A stretch of DNA of 64,000 nucleotides from Octopus vulgaris (lineage: Eukaryota), in NCBI GenBank assembly GCA_951406725.2, contig OX597821.1, positions 59,768,001 through 59,832,000 on the forward strand. Reading direction: 5' to 3'. A program made the position numbers and the translations under genes. The number at the start of each line of letters is the position of its first letter. Within the stretch, counting starts at the first letter, position 1. This document shows positions 14,759-27,392 of this stretch, piece by piece. The notes beneath the pieces are model-generated. The model had not been told where the DNA came from, did not search any database, and saw only the letters and a list, made by a program, of their open reading frames with translations.

Positions 14759-14826
14759 TATGTGTGTGTATATATATACACACACACACATACATACACT
14801 CACACACATACACACACACACATACA
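14712..14826. repeat. (TA)n/(TG)n/(CA)n compound microsatellite; similar tracts occur throughout (e.g. 3960-4020, 17710-17765, 56775-56823, 58120-58161)
   Basis: Seen directly in the sequence. Confidence 0.95.
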
Positions 14827-17268
14827 TAGTAGTTGTCACTTGGTTTTTGCCCTGGTTTAAACTGTACTCAAATGTATTCATAAGACATCTATCATAATGG
14901 CCATGTGTCAGAGTGCATTTAAAGGCTGCTTGTCACCACACTTCCAACTCAACTTGTTGCTCTGATGTTTCCTGTTCTCTGGAGCAAGCATTTTTGGCTG
15001 CATCACTTTGAAGTTTTTCTGTTAACGCCTGTTATCTTAAGTGGGCTTTTCTAATCGCTTGAGACTCTAACCTCTGTTGTTTCTGCTCTGGTGTTTCTTG
15101 TTCCCTCAAGCAAGCTTTCCTGGTTGTTTCAAATTGAAGTATTACTTCCTGCTGCTCTTGTGTCTCCATGGCATTTTGTTGCCTCTGATATTGGAGTCTG
15201 TCCTGCCTTTCTTATTTTTCCCTAGCCCTTCAGCTTCCAGAGTGTCAGGCTTCAGATGATTGAAAAGTGTTATGCTCTCTTCTATGCATCATATTGAATG
15301 GTCTAAAATAAAATATCTGAAAAATCAAAAATAAATCCCGTTACATTTAATTCATTTTATTTATTTATTTTTTTGTTTCTAAATTCATTTATGTATCTTT
15401 ATTTCATCCAAGTATCAAGCTTCATATAAATCGGTCCAGTGTAACAATTATACTTTCTATAGATACCATCAAACTTTCACAAAATGAAAATACAATTGCT
15501 TCAAATCATAGCACATGTAACACGAGGAATGTTCAAATTATGATATAGTAGAAAAGCATGGAAGACAGACATTAAAAGATGATGATGAGGTTATAAAATA
15601 CTTGGAGGGCCATTGACTCTCTTGAGTTCATTCGCCCTTTGCTGGACCTTATTTTTCCTCTTGAAGGGTATCCAAAAGGCTTGGTGGTGTTAACAGTTTA
15701 GTATTTAATGGCTCAGCCTTGCAACAGGTTGCACTAAGCTACATGTTACCAGTGGCACACAAAAGCAACCTGACATACTTGGCTACATACTGCCTGCAGA
15801 AAAAAGGCATAATTGTCATGGCTGGAAGTGTTTTGATCACATGTCTGCTCAGTCAGTACTAGCTTGGAGCTAAACAACAATCTTTTAACCTTGACTTGGC
15901 ATTTGTTCTTTTTTAGTCTGTGACACACCTCCCCAGATTCCTCTACTATGAGCTACCAATAAACTTTAGCAAATTCCACAACAATTTGCTACTACTACCT
16001 TCATATCAAACCAATCCTGAAATGCCCTTTTAAATCTGTCAGATGTGTCTCCACATTTTTCTTTTGATCGGTTAAAACTAAAGAATATCATTTTTTTCTT
16101 TTTCGGTGTGGCTGTATGGTTAAGAACCTTGCTTTTCAAACCATGTAATTTTGGGTTCAGTCCTACTGCACAGCACCTTGGGGAAGTGCCATCTATTATA
16201 GGTGATATTTGTTGACATTCCCTGTCCTTTAGTGCTTATATTTTTGAAGACAAGTGGAATAAAAAATTCCTTACTTGAGAAATAGTTACGGGTTAACAAC
16301 AGGAAGGGTATTTGACCATGAAACAATGCCTCAATGCTAGGTCTTCCTCAAACTCATGCTGACATGTAAAAATATGTAAAATGAACCAATTAACTAACAA
16401 TTACCACAAAGTACAAATTGCAGAAAGGATTGTCACTTGGATGTAACATGTTTTTAAAATGCTTTGATAAATAATAAATGCGCCCTTTTAAAGCCTAGCC
16501 AGGCTCATGGGACCGGTTTCCCAGTGTATGTGTTCTCCAGCTGGACGGGACGCTAGTCCTTTGCAGCGTTACTCATTTTTGCCAGCTGAGTGGACTGGAA
16601 ATGAAGTGAAATGAAGTGTTTTGCTCAAGAACACAACACGTCGCCAAGTCCAGGAATTGAAACCACAATCTTACGATCATGATGCTGACACCCTAACCAC
16701 TAAGCCATGCGCCTCCACTATTAACTAATTAAAGTTGATAAAATAGGAACTAATAATATATTAAGGCTTATTTTAATTACTTTCTTTTACCTACATTTAC
16801 TTGTTTCAGTTGTTGGACCATGACCATGCTGGAGCACTGCCATCAAGAGTTTAATCGAACAAATTGACCCTTGTACTTGTTTTTCATAAGTCCAGTACTT
16901 ATTCTATTATTGGTCTCTTTTGCCAAACCACTTAGATGTGGGGATGTAAACAAACCAGTACCAGTTGTCAATTAGTATTGGGAGACAAACACACACACAC
17001 ATTCACACATGTATATATGACAACCCTCCACATAGTTTCCAAGTACCAAATTCACTCACAAGACATTGGTCAAATCAGGGCTTATAGCAAAAGACACTTG
17101 CCCAAGGTGCTGCACAGTGGGATTGAACATGAAACCACAGGGTCGCAAAGTGAGCTACTTAACCATGCAGCCGTGTCTGTGCCTATGAATTATATTAACA
17201 TCTTAACCTCTTTTATTGTCTGTAGCTGAATGAAATCATAATTAATTGAGTTTTTGTATTTATTTCAG

Positions 17269-17454
17269 TGAGCCAGAATATCAAAGACATGAATTTAATG
17301 GATTATGGTATGTGGATAACTGTCGTGGTTCTGCATTTATTGGCAATTGTTTGGGCTGTTGTGGCTGCTGGATTTACATTGTTCAATTTATTTGGTAAAC
17401 CAATAGAGACTATCACCGGACCTTTTGGTCTCTACGTTTGGAATGGGTGTGCTG
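17269..17454 (+). CDS. CLRN: Clarin-family tetraspan membrane protein, internal exon
   Basis: TTTCAG acceptor, G|GTAAGC donor; transmembrane segment followed by FNLFGKPIETITGPFGLYVWNG, which resembles the clarin KP.ET..GP.GLY signature; paralog identity unresolved. Confidence 0.88.
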
Positions 17455-17706
17455 GTAAGCTTATCACTTTATTGCTTGTTGTTCAAAGTTCCAAAGTTTC
17501 AATATGTAAAATGTTCGTTCACTCACACACATTTATAACTCAATAAACTGAAAGCAAATATGAATTGCAACTACTTCGCTGCTAGTCATTCATTGTGCTG
17601 AAGTATTCCCATGACCTTATGACAAACAATTCATCTCGTAATCTCTCTTATCTTTGATTTGTTTCAGTCATTGAACTGTGGCCATGCTGGGGCAATGCCT
17701 TGAAGG

Positions 17707-17752
<46 letters not shown>

Positions 17753-20304
17753 CACACACACACATATCAAGAATTTAATTTAAGAACAAACATAGAATTC
17801 AGGTTAACAAACTTTATATATCCACGCTTCTACACTTCATTACATATAAATGATACCATGGGTTTAAAATGTTAAAAAAAAAACAACACCAGGTAAAAAT
17901 ATAAAATACACAGGATCCACCCAGAAAACATATATAAAATTCAACTAAAAATTATCTAAAAAAGATTATTACAGTAAGTAAATCGACTAAAAATTTAAAG
18001 AGAAAAGTATATAAAATAAAGTTATACCCAACCATGAAAATTATATATAAAATGTAAATGTCAATATAGTTGTAGTCCATGATAATTGTAGGAGCATGAT
18101 ATGAATCCAATTGGGTAACTAATCTACATCTTCACGAATCATTCCAAAACATCCAACAACAACATATATTGTGAATTCTCTTGTCACTTCGATGAATGAC
18201 GGTTCAGCAAGACACAAATGCCCAGCATTCTGATACTGAAAAGCTGCTCTATGAATATTATTGTAGTGGGCATGGTTTATGCAGATCCAGTCCCATACTC
18301 GTGACCTTTAGTCTTGTATTGGTCTGATGCAGTAAATGCTGTGAGCCCAGTAGTTATTAAGATGCAGGATTTGTATGGAGTTTTCTTCTCTTAGATGTGT
18401 GGCTAAAGAGCTGAAAGGTTTCATCTGCCTTGAGTCTACTGGGCTGCTTGTGACTGTCTGTCTTTTGGAGGCAATTCCATGACATGTTAATTAACCTTTA
18501 CCTGAAACCCTGATAGGGACTACTACTTAGGGTCAGAAGAGACCTAAGAACAAGTGTGGCTAAGAGGTGGTTCCACACTTCTCAAAACCCTGGAATTTCT
18601 GAAGCAGGGCCTCACTACTGGATCCAGTATTAAGTCACACCCAGAAAAAAATATTTGCATATACATAGACACAGGCGTAGCTGTGTGGTAAGAAGCTTGC
18701 TTTAAGGTGGCGAGCTGGCAAAAACGTTAGCACGCCAGGCGAAATGCTTGGCAGTTCTGAGTTCAAATTCCGCCGAGGTTGACTTTGTCTTTCATCCTTT
18801 CGGGGTCGATAAATTAAGTACCAGTTACACACTGGGGTCGATGTAATCGACTTAATCCCTTTGTCTATCCCCTCTATGTTTAGCCCCTTGTGGGCAATAA
18901 AGAAATAAGAAGCTTGCTTCCCAACCACATAGTTCCAGGTTCAGTCCAACTGCATGGCAACTTGGGCAAGTGTCTTCTACTACAGCCTCGGGCCGACCAA
19001 AGCCTTTTGAATGGAGTTAGTAGACAGAAACTGAAAGAAGCTCATCATACATATGTGTGTGTGTGTGTCTGTTTTTGTCCCTCCACCACTGCTTGACAAC
19101 TGGTATTGGTGTATTTACATCTCTGTAACTTAGCGATTCAACAAAAGATACCAATATAATAAGTACTAGGCTTAAAAGTCCTAGAGGTGATTTGTTCAAC
19201 TAAAACCCTTCAAGACCGTGCTCCAGCATAGCCACAGTCAAATCACTGAAACAAGTAAAAGAATGTACTGGTCAAGTAAGATTTGGGTAAAAACCTTGTA
19301 GTATGCTATGCAAAGCATGGCCATAGTTGTTGGCATCATACAGCAGGAATGATCCTGCTACTGGATATACATCAAGAATTCCATTGTATCCAACAATTTG
19401 ACCTCTTTGAAAGTTCGATAGATCTGTCATTTAATGAATTTTAATTACCTTTTTCTGATGGTATCTGAAAAGAAACAGCAGTTTCAGCAAAACATTAAGC
19501 AACACTAATATTAGATAAAAAAAATATGAAAATGAACAAGCTTTTGCTGGTTTTATAGATATTTCAAAATTTTGATGCTATGTGTTTCCATTAATTTCTC
19601 CAACACCTGTATATCATCATAATCACCATCATTTAACGTCCGCTTTCCATGCTAGCATGGGTTGGACGATTTTGACTGAGGGCTGGTGAACCAGATGGCT
19701 GCACCAGGCTCCAATCTTGATCTGGCAGAGTTTCTACAGCTGGATGCCCATATATATATATATATATATATATATCAAAATTTCTTACCCCCCCCCCACT
19801 ACTGCTTGACAACTGGTACTGGTGTATTTACATCCCTGTAACCTAGCAGTTCAGTAAAAGAGACTGATAGAATAAGTACCAGGCTTTAAAGGTATAAGAG
19901 CTGGGATCAATACATTTGACTGAAAGTTCTTCAAAGCAGTGCTCCAGCATGGCCACAGTCCGATGACTGAAACGAGTAAAAAGAGAAAATAGCACTAGTG
20001 GTGCTCCAGCATTAGGGCTGAAACATGTAAAAGAATATAAAAAAAAAAGTGAGTCAGGATATAAATTTAAAATTTTGTAAACAGTTCTCAGCTTGCAAAG
20101 TAGCTAAAATCTCTATAAGAAATGCAGGTAGTAACTCTACTGAAAAGGTTCTGTGTCATTAATGAGCTGGAGGAGGTGCCCTTTTGGGGTTAAAAAAGAG
20201 TAGTAATATTGTTCCGTATGGAACAGCCATGTTAAAGTGGTAACAAACATTACAGTTCTTAGCTTCTTTATTTAATTATTTCTTTTTTCTTTCTTTTTCT
20301 ACAG

Positions 20305-20570
20305 CATCATTCACTCTGCTTTCAATTGTGATCTTTCTCGTCCTCTTCAAAACAAGTATCTACGACAAAAATATCTTTGAACAGGCTGAAATTAATACTG
20401 GGTGGAGATCTGTTGGACTCTCTCACCCAAGCTGGTCATTTTATATAAACCTGGGAGCCCTTGGGTGTTTCCTACTCAATATTTTGTTGCTCAAGATATC
20501 AGATGTGAGACCTTGTCGCCCCAGACTTACAAAAGAAGAGAAAGCAACACAAGATGATTTTATATACTAA
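20305..20570 (+). CDS. CLRN: Clarin-family protein, last coding exon (...SWSFYINLGALGCFLLNILLL...DDFIY*)
   Basis: Long polypyrimidine tract plus ACAG acceptor; phase joins the previous exon (G|CA); two transmembrane segments; C-terminal D.hY like the clarin DLMY tail. Confidence 0.88.
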
Positions 20571-20841
20571 ATATTCACACTATTTTCTGTATTCAGAAGC
20601 ACTAATACTCTTTCTTTCTGGTCTAATCATGCCAAAAGAACTCAGGAAATATTACTGTTAAATTACTATTGTGTTTTGAAAAAAAAAACTGTCTCAGTTT
20701 AATATTTACTCTTAGCGTTCATTGCTACTTGTAACATTAGACTATATAACTTTCCATCCACACATATTTCTTCCTGTTATTCTTAGACTTCTACTTTCAC
20801 AACTTCCATTCATTTCATTGTAACCATGATTATGTTCCATC

Positions 20842-20882
20842 AATAAATTGTATGCTTAAAGTCTTTTGGTAAATTAAATAAA
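20842..20882 (+). promoter_or_regulatory. Candidate polyadenylation signals of the clarin gene
   Basis: AATAAA at about 20842 and 20877, roughly 270-310 nt after the stop. Confidence 0.5.
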
Positions 20883-22613
20883 GACAAACTCATTGTATTT
20901 TACAAAATGTATTCTTTTAATGTTACCTTGAGAAAACTTAGACAGAGAGGAGAGGGACGATGCTTTATTTACTAAAAAGTACAACTTTGGAATTAGCGAT
21001 TCCTTCTTGGAATCTGCCCCACTACCTTCTTGCTTACCTTAACCTCCATCTCCTACTATAAAGCTTAGGTTTTATTGTCTTGTGAGGTCGCCAGGCTGCT
21101 CACTAGTGCCAAAACAGACTGAACGACAATCCATTCGATCCTGTTAAACCACCCAACCCATGCCATCATGGATCGCAGATGACTTCAAGTGGAACCCTTC
21201 TGTAAGTGAGCACTAACTGTCCTTGTTGGCCTACTCAGGTGAAGTGTACAGACTAAGGGGCAAAGTGCTTGTTACCCAGAGATACCTGATATTGGATATG
21301 GAAGTGTTTCCAACATTGCAATGGATTTAGAAGAGCTTGCAAAACCTCTGAGTAAATCCTGCAGTTTCTGCATGGGTCAAAGCATTTCTGACGCTTATTT
21401 CACCTTCAGCTGTTGATGCTTTATCAACTCTGAAATGGAAGCGACCAAAATGAGAGTCAATTACTCCAAAATATGTTTTCAGCTTTCAGTGTATCTGATG
21501 TGTGATTTTCTTTGCCAGTTTCAGTCAACCTCATATGCCGTAGAAGATATTTTACCCAAGGTGTTGCAGAGTAAGTTCAAACCCAGAGTGACATATCACA
21601 TACCCATACCCTTTAGATGTAATTTTTAAAAATCTGTTAATAGCGTAGTTTTAAATGAGCTTACTTTTATTTGTCTAGGAGTACTATACCTTTGCTAAAA
21701 ATAGCAGTTAAATATCTCTCAACTCAAACATGTCTTACAACAATGGATACATTCAGTAATGTGGTTCTAGACAGCGCTAAAAGAAAATGGGATGGCCATG
21801 GCTGGAATGAAGGTTTTTCAGTCGAGGTGGACTGGCAACTGACAACACTACAATCAACAGAATCTTGATATTAACTAGGGAATCATTTTTTACATCAATT
21901 ACTCATTTCTGGTCAAAAATAAGGCATTTTATAACCAATACCCAGAACGCAGGAATCCGGTGTCCAAAACTTTCCCTAAATTATTTCCATCATACATAAG
22001 TTAAAGGAAATGGAAACAGTATAGTCCACTATTGAATGTTGATTTCTGAAGCATCAGATAGGAAAGCTATTCCAAGGGAGGTAATAAAGGCCATCAATAT
22101 GAATTTACCAGTTGTCTTCCCATTAACTAGTTTGCAACATTTCTGATATTCCTACCCTCCTATACTGGAAATATCTTGCTATGTATAGGCCATAGAAAAA
22201 GGTCAGCGTTTTTTATTAAAAGCATTTCACTACAAGCAGTAATGCCCAATGGAAGAAAATGAACGTCACTCACACATTTAAGTCCAGAAAAGAAAATACC
22301 ATAAATTCTTTCATTATTATTTTCCCATGGCTGGACATGTTCTCACAGAATATTCAAAATGAATAACAGCTTGATAATTGGAAATGAGTGTCAATTATAT
22401 AAAGCTGTATTAAAACAGGGACACACATAGGGTGTTCATAAATCCTTTTTACAACTTCCACAATTTATTGCATTGTACCATCCAGATATGTTGCATGCAA
22501 TCAATAGGCCCTATGTGGAAGTGTTAATATTTCTAATAAAATTTTGTTTTCCAATAGACTCTTTTTGAATTTTTCTAACTGTAAAGGTAAATTTATGGAC
22601 ACCCCGTATAGAT

Positions 22614-22649
<36 letters not shown>

Positions 22650-23169
22650 CATCATCGGAGAACGGACGTTAAACGATGATGATGATATATATATATATAT
22701 ATATATATATAATAATAAGAGTAAATAATTTCTATAATGGTTTTTAAAAAAAGACCACAATTATTTACTGGTAGAATTCGGTATGTAAATATAGCCGATT
22801 AACAGTAGGAACTTCTGTAAAGTTCAGTATATATATTGTATATAAGAAAAAAGGGACAGGCAACAGGTTGCTTGACCGCATACCGAAAAAGTAGAAATAG
22901 CAGTCAAGAATGCTTATTTCTATTTTCCACAAGTGGGGCTCCACACACGACAAACCCTGCAATTCACATATGCAAAACAGAAGGAATATATATATAGATT
23001 AAAGTAGAAATTTAAAAAAAACTGTTTGGCATCATTTGAATAAGACAATTTAGAATAAGAATATAGATATACAGTCTCTTGCAGATGTTTCTAGAATAGC
23101 CAACATGTGGATTATCATACTGCACTCATAGTACATACTTCAAGTCAGTTGATGAAAATTCCTTACAAG

Positions 23170-23739
23170 TGATGAGAATCAAACATCTAGTCAACATCAT
23201 GGTGTTTGAAGTGATCTCTAATGATGGCAACATTCATCTTCCCACCCAGCCTGGCTCAACATGAAGGCCTACATCAAGTACCTGGAGGAGGTAGTGCTGC
23301 CCTGAGTCAAAAGGGTGGCTGCTGGAAGACCCCTATGTCTGGTAACAAGACTGTACCATGGAACGTGAGCAGATCCCAGCCATGGCTACCAGACAATTTC
23401 TGCAACCACATCACCTTAAACTCCCCAGACTGCAACCCCTTTGATTATTATTTGTGAGGTGCAGTTGAGCAAGAGACCAACAAAACTCTTTGTAACACCA
23501 AAGATGAACTGATTATGGTAGCATTCATCAACTTACACAAGGAGACCGTCCAGAAGAGTTGCAGGAGATTCCAAAATCATCTGGAGGGTGTGGTTGAAGC
23601 CAGTGGCGATTTTTCTGAATAAATTTACTCTTTAGAATTAAAATATTTTTATGCAATTTTGGTAAATATATTTTAAGATGAGATGTCTAAATTACACAAA
23701 AATGAAAATAACAGACAACAGTTTATTCACCACACCCTG
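23170..23739 (+). mobile_element. Second, more decayed copy of the DD37D element
   Basis: NSPDCNPFDYY motif; nucleotide match to the reverse complement of 3096-3720; ends CACCCTG-TA. Confidence 0.8.
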
Positions 23740-23745
23740 TATGTT

Positions 23746-23799
<54 letters not shown>

Positions 23800-25619
23800 G
23801 GTTTTAGGAAAGGCATCCAGCAGTAGAAACCATGCCAAAATAGACATGGAGCCCAGGCAGCTCTCCGAACCATCCAACCTATGCTGGCATGAAGAACAGA
23901 CATTGAATGATAAATATGGTGTGAAATTCTACAAGTTTTTTTCAATCTGTTTATTTTGTTATTCTTTTCTGTTGAAGAGCTTATGCTCAAAACATAAGCA
24001 ACTTCATTTTCTCCGAACGTCAAACTAATATACTTGCTTGTTGTTCATACACCTGTCTTCTTGCTTTTCTATAAATTTCAACATTATATTCTTTTACTTA
24101 TTTCAGTCCTTTGACTGCAGCCATGATGGAGCACCACTTTTAGTCAAGCAATTCAGCCCCAGTACTTATTCTATTGGTCTCTTTTGCCAAGCCACTAAGC
24201 TACTGGACATAAATGAGGTGATAAACCTCTTACATTCAGATAGACTCCACGTCCTTACAAAATGAGGCACTAAGCCTCTTACCTTTTTGTTTCCAAAAAA
24301 GGAATTACAATTCGAGGCATTAAAGCCTCTTACTTCCATGCCCAACTAGGCACACTGCCTCATTCAAGCACCTGGACAGTGCCAAGTCAGGACATTTTAG
24401 TAGAAATTTAAATATGTCCTTGGGGAAGGAGTTCATTATCCTGCACAAGTCGGTTTACCCTACGACCGCTGCAACCACCTGCGAAGGCCAATCAGGGCCC
24501 TCAATGCAGAACAGAACCCCTTCCCTCTGGCTTTATATTCTCACCTTCTTTACGAAGTTTTCTAAAGCCCCTCCCTTGTGAGGCTTTAAACAACTACAGG
24601 CAGACAATTTGCCAGGAGCTCAGTGGAGATTTCTTATTCGGCAAAATAAACACGAGCAACAAACCCCCAATGAATCCAAGAAAAAAAAAAAGTCTTACCT
24701 GGTAATTGTGCTTCACTTGTTCAATAATTCACGACATTGCATTGCTAGGAGTCATGACACCAAAGAAAACACTGACCAACGCATGCGCAGGGAAGAAGCA
24801 AGCTTCTTACCACACAACCACACATCTATACCTATATGGCAGGCCTCTTTACAGCTTTTGTTGGCCTGAGACTATAGAAGACATTTGCCTAGGAATCTTC
24901 AACTACAGGCCAAAGAAAGCCAAATTTTAAATAGCACAAACCTGTTAATGAATAGTAAATTACGTTGTCTAAAATCAGATGTTTTCAAATCCAGTACAAA
25001 GATACTTATCTCAACTAATATCCTGGATGGATTATCTTTAACATCACAATAGAAATATAGAATTCAGTTAATCAAAGGTATTCTTATCCTCTGCACTCAA
25101 TAAATGCAAGAGATATCTAATGTGTTTGAACTGAATAACTTCAATGCTCAGCTTGATGCTAAAGACAATTCTCTCATCTCACTGGCATCTGTGTGGCAAG
25201 AAGTTTGCTTCACAACCACGTGTTTCTGGGTTCAGTCCCACAGTGTAGCACCTTGGCAAGTGTCTTCTATTATAGTCTCAGGCTGATCAAAACCATGTGA
25301 GTGGATTCAATAGACAGAAACCAAAAGAAGCTCATTGAGTGGGTGGGTGTGTTTGTTCACCAGCATCACTCAACTATTGGTGCTTGTGTGCTTATGTTCC
25401 TGTAACATAGTGGTTTGGCAAAAGATTGATAAAATAAGTACCAGGCTTACAAGAAAAAATTCTGAGGTCGATTCATTTGACTAAAAATTCCTCCAGCTAG
25501 TGCCCCAGTATGGCTGCAGTCCAATGACTGAAACAAGATATAAGAATATCTAGTTAATCACCACTGCAAATGTTGAAAAGGCCCATTATTTATACAATCT
25601 CGTATCACCACCATTTTAA

Positions 25620-25826
25620 CCCTTTCCTTACTGTATTTATTTTGAGATGCTCTGTGTTTCTTTCAATTATTTTAAATATAACAAAGAAAAATAACTTAGT
25701 TATGATTCAGCTAGTGTTTGGAACATAACTTGTGACTAAGGTTTGGTGGAAGATTTTAATTCAAAACTTATGAAAACAAGACATTTTACCACAGAGCCGG
25801 AGCCAGGTTAGTAACAAAAGGGCTAA
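25620..25826. mobile_element. Second piggyBac-type MITE family; another copy at about 1624-1852 inside a SINE
   Basis: TTAA-CCCTTT...AAAGGG-(C/T)TAA ends; the two copies share internal sequence. Confidence 0.7.
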
Positions 25827-27120
25827 TGTCCCCTTTTCTATACCTGCATAGGTTAGATAGAATTTGTTTTGATATATGGAAGTTTCAAATTGAAGAAAAT
25901 ATCTCAATAAAACAGTCTGACTTATGCATAAAAAGTGGATGTTAAAATGACAAAAGCATCTTAGCATCCAGCTGCTAATTTGAAAATTAAAAAAAAAATC
26001 AAGAATTACATATTAGTTTACATTAAATGAGAAAAATCAAACCCAACAAATTTTAGCACATATTTATTACGGAATTCCAACAATTTGAGAGATAAGAAAA
26101 ACCAGTTTTCTTTCTCAAAAGTCCAGAGACAGTCAGACACAGACAGACAGACAAAACAAGTGTAGTTTACTTGCCACATTAACTTACAACAATAATTGCT
26201 ATAAGTAAATATTACAAATTTTAATGTTTTTCATTAATTGAACATATTTTGCTGAATTGGAATAACAAGAAAACACCTCAAATATCAATTAAGAACAATT
26301 ATTTTGTTTTCCACTATAACGCAATGAAAGAAATGAAATGATCAAATAGATAAGTTACCGAACTTGTCTCGATGTGATTTCAAATTTCATGCAATTTTAT
26401 ATGAAATGTGTGTGTTGTTTTTTTTTTTAGGTAGTGGTGGCTGAATACTCAGATGCATTCTCATTTGCTTCAGTTTAACCAAGTTGCTGTGGGTTAGGGT
26501 ACTTAGATTTCAAAGGAAAAGTCAATACAGTTGACCCTCCATGATACCCAAGTGCAGTTAAGAAATGTTAGACATTGGATAAATAATTTTATAGCACAAT
26601 AGTCACAGCTGGCCAGAGAGGGGGGAGCTTATTGGTTAAAATATCACTAATTCATGCTGATTATATCCAAGAAAAAAAAAAAAAAAATCAACTCGTATTT
26701 ACACAAACTTCAAGATGAGTGAAGGTGTCAGTGGCTATGCAGATAACAATGTTTTTTTTTTAGTTCAAATATGTTAATATTTACACAATTTATGTACATC
26801 AGTTCCTTACACTTCATAAATTAATAAAAGGAAATGATTCTGAAAAGAAATTCATAATACTTTGTAACAAAATTACATGTTGAAGGATTTACAAATTACT
26901 TGAATGTGATGCAAGGCTAGCTGGTTTTTTAAAATTTATTAGAAAATTTCTTTACATGATGGCTACTTTATGTGTAACAGTTTCTAAATATCCTAAACAG
27001 TAATATCAAGATAATTTCACAATATTACAGAAAATCCTGGCAAATATCAAAAAGTTAAATTTTATCAAAAATAATTTTAATTTTAGAAATATTGAATTTC
27101 TAAATGTCTCAAAGAGACAT

Positions 27121-27392
27121 GAGCAGTGGTGGAGCGATAGAGTGGTTGTATACTGTCAACATAACGTGACAGCCCCGTAAAGGGAATTACACCACCGCTT
27201 TATAGCCCTAGGAAGCATCGACGCTTCCTGTCGGCTTTGACACATTTTCTGTGTCCTTATATTTGCGAAGGGGAGGTAAGCACCCCCACCAGCTAGGACT
27301 AGCAACCTGAAGACATGCATGTTTCTGGGTCTTGCCCGTCATCAGTTCAGGGTAGCAAGTCCTGCTAGTTGAGATACCTGCCAAGCCTTCAC
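27121..27392 (-). mobile_element. Retrozyme-like, hammerhead-containing non-coding element (about 270 bp)
   Basis: GC/CpG-richer island in AT-rich DNA containing the hammerhead and several hairpins; homologous to 11452-11700. Confidence 0.6.
27306..27351 (-). ncRNA. Type I hammerhead ribozyme motif
   Basis: Minus strand reads CCUGAA-CUGAUGA-c GGG caaga CCC a-GAAA-CAUGCAUG-UC-UUCAGG: 6-bp stem I (imperfectly extendable to about 20 bp), intact core, palindromic stem III, UC cleavage site. Confidence 0.8.

Noticed and set aside
1-17268. Clarin exon 1
   Set aside because: No ORF with a clarin first transmembrane segment or GLF.G motif and a suitable donor was found; it is presumably upstream of the window
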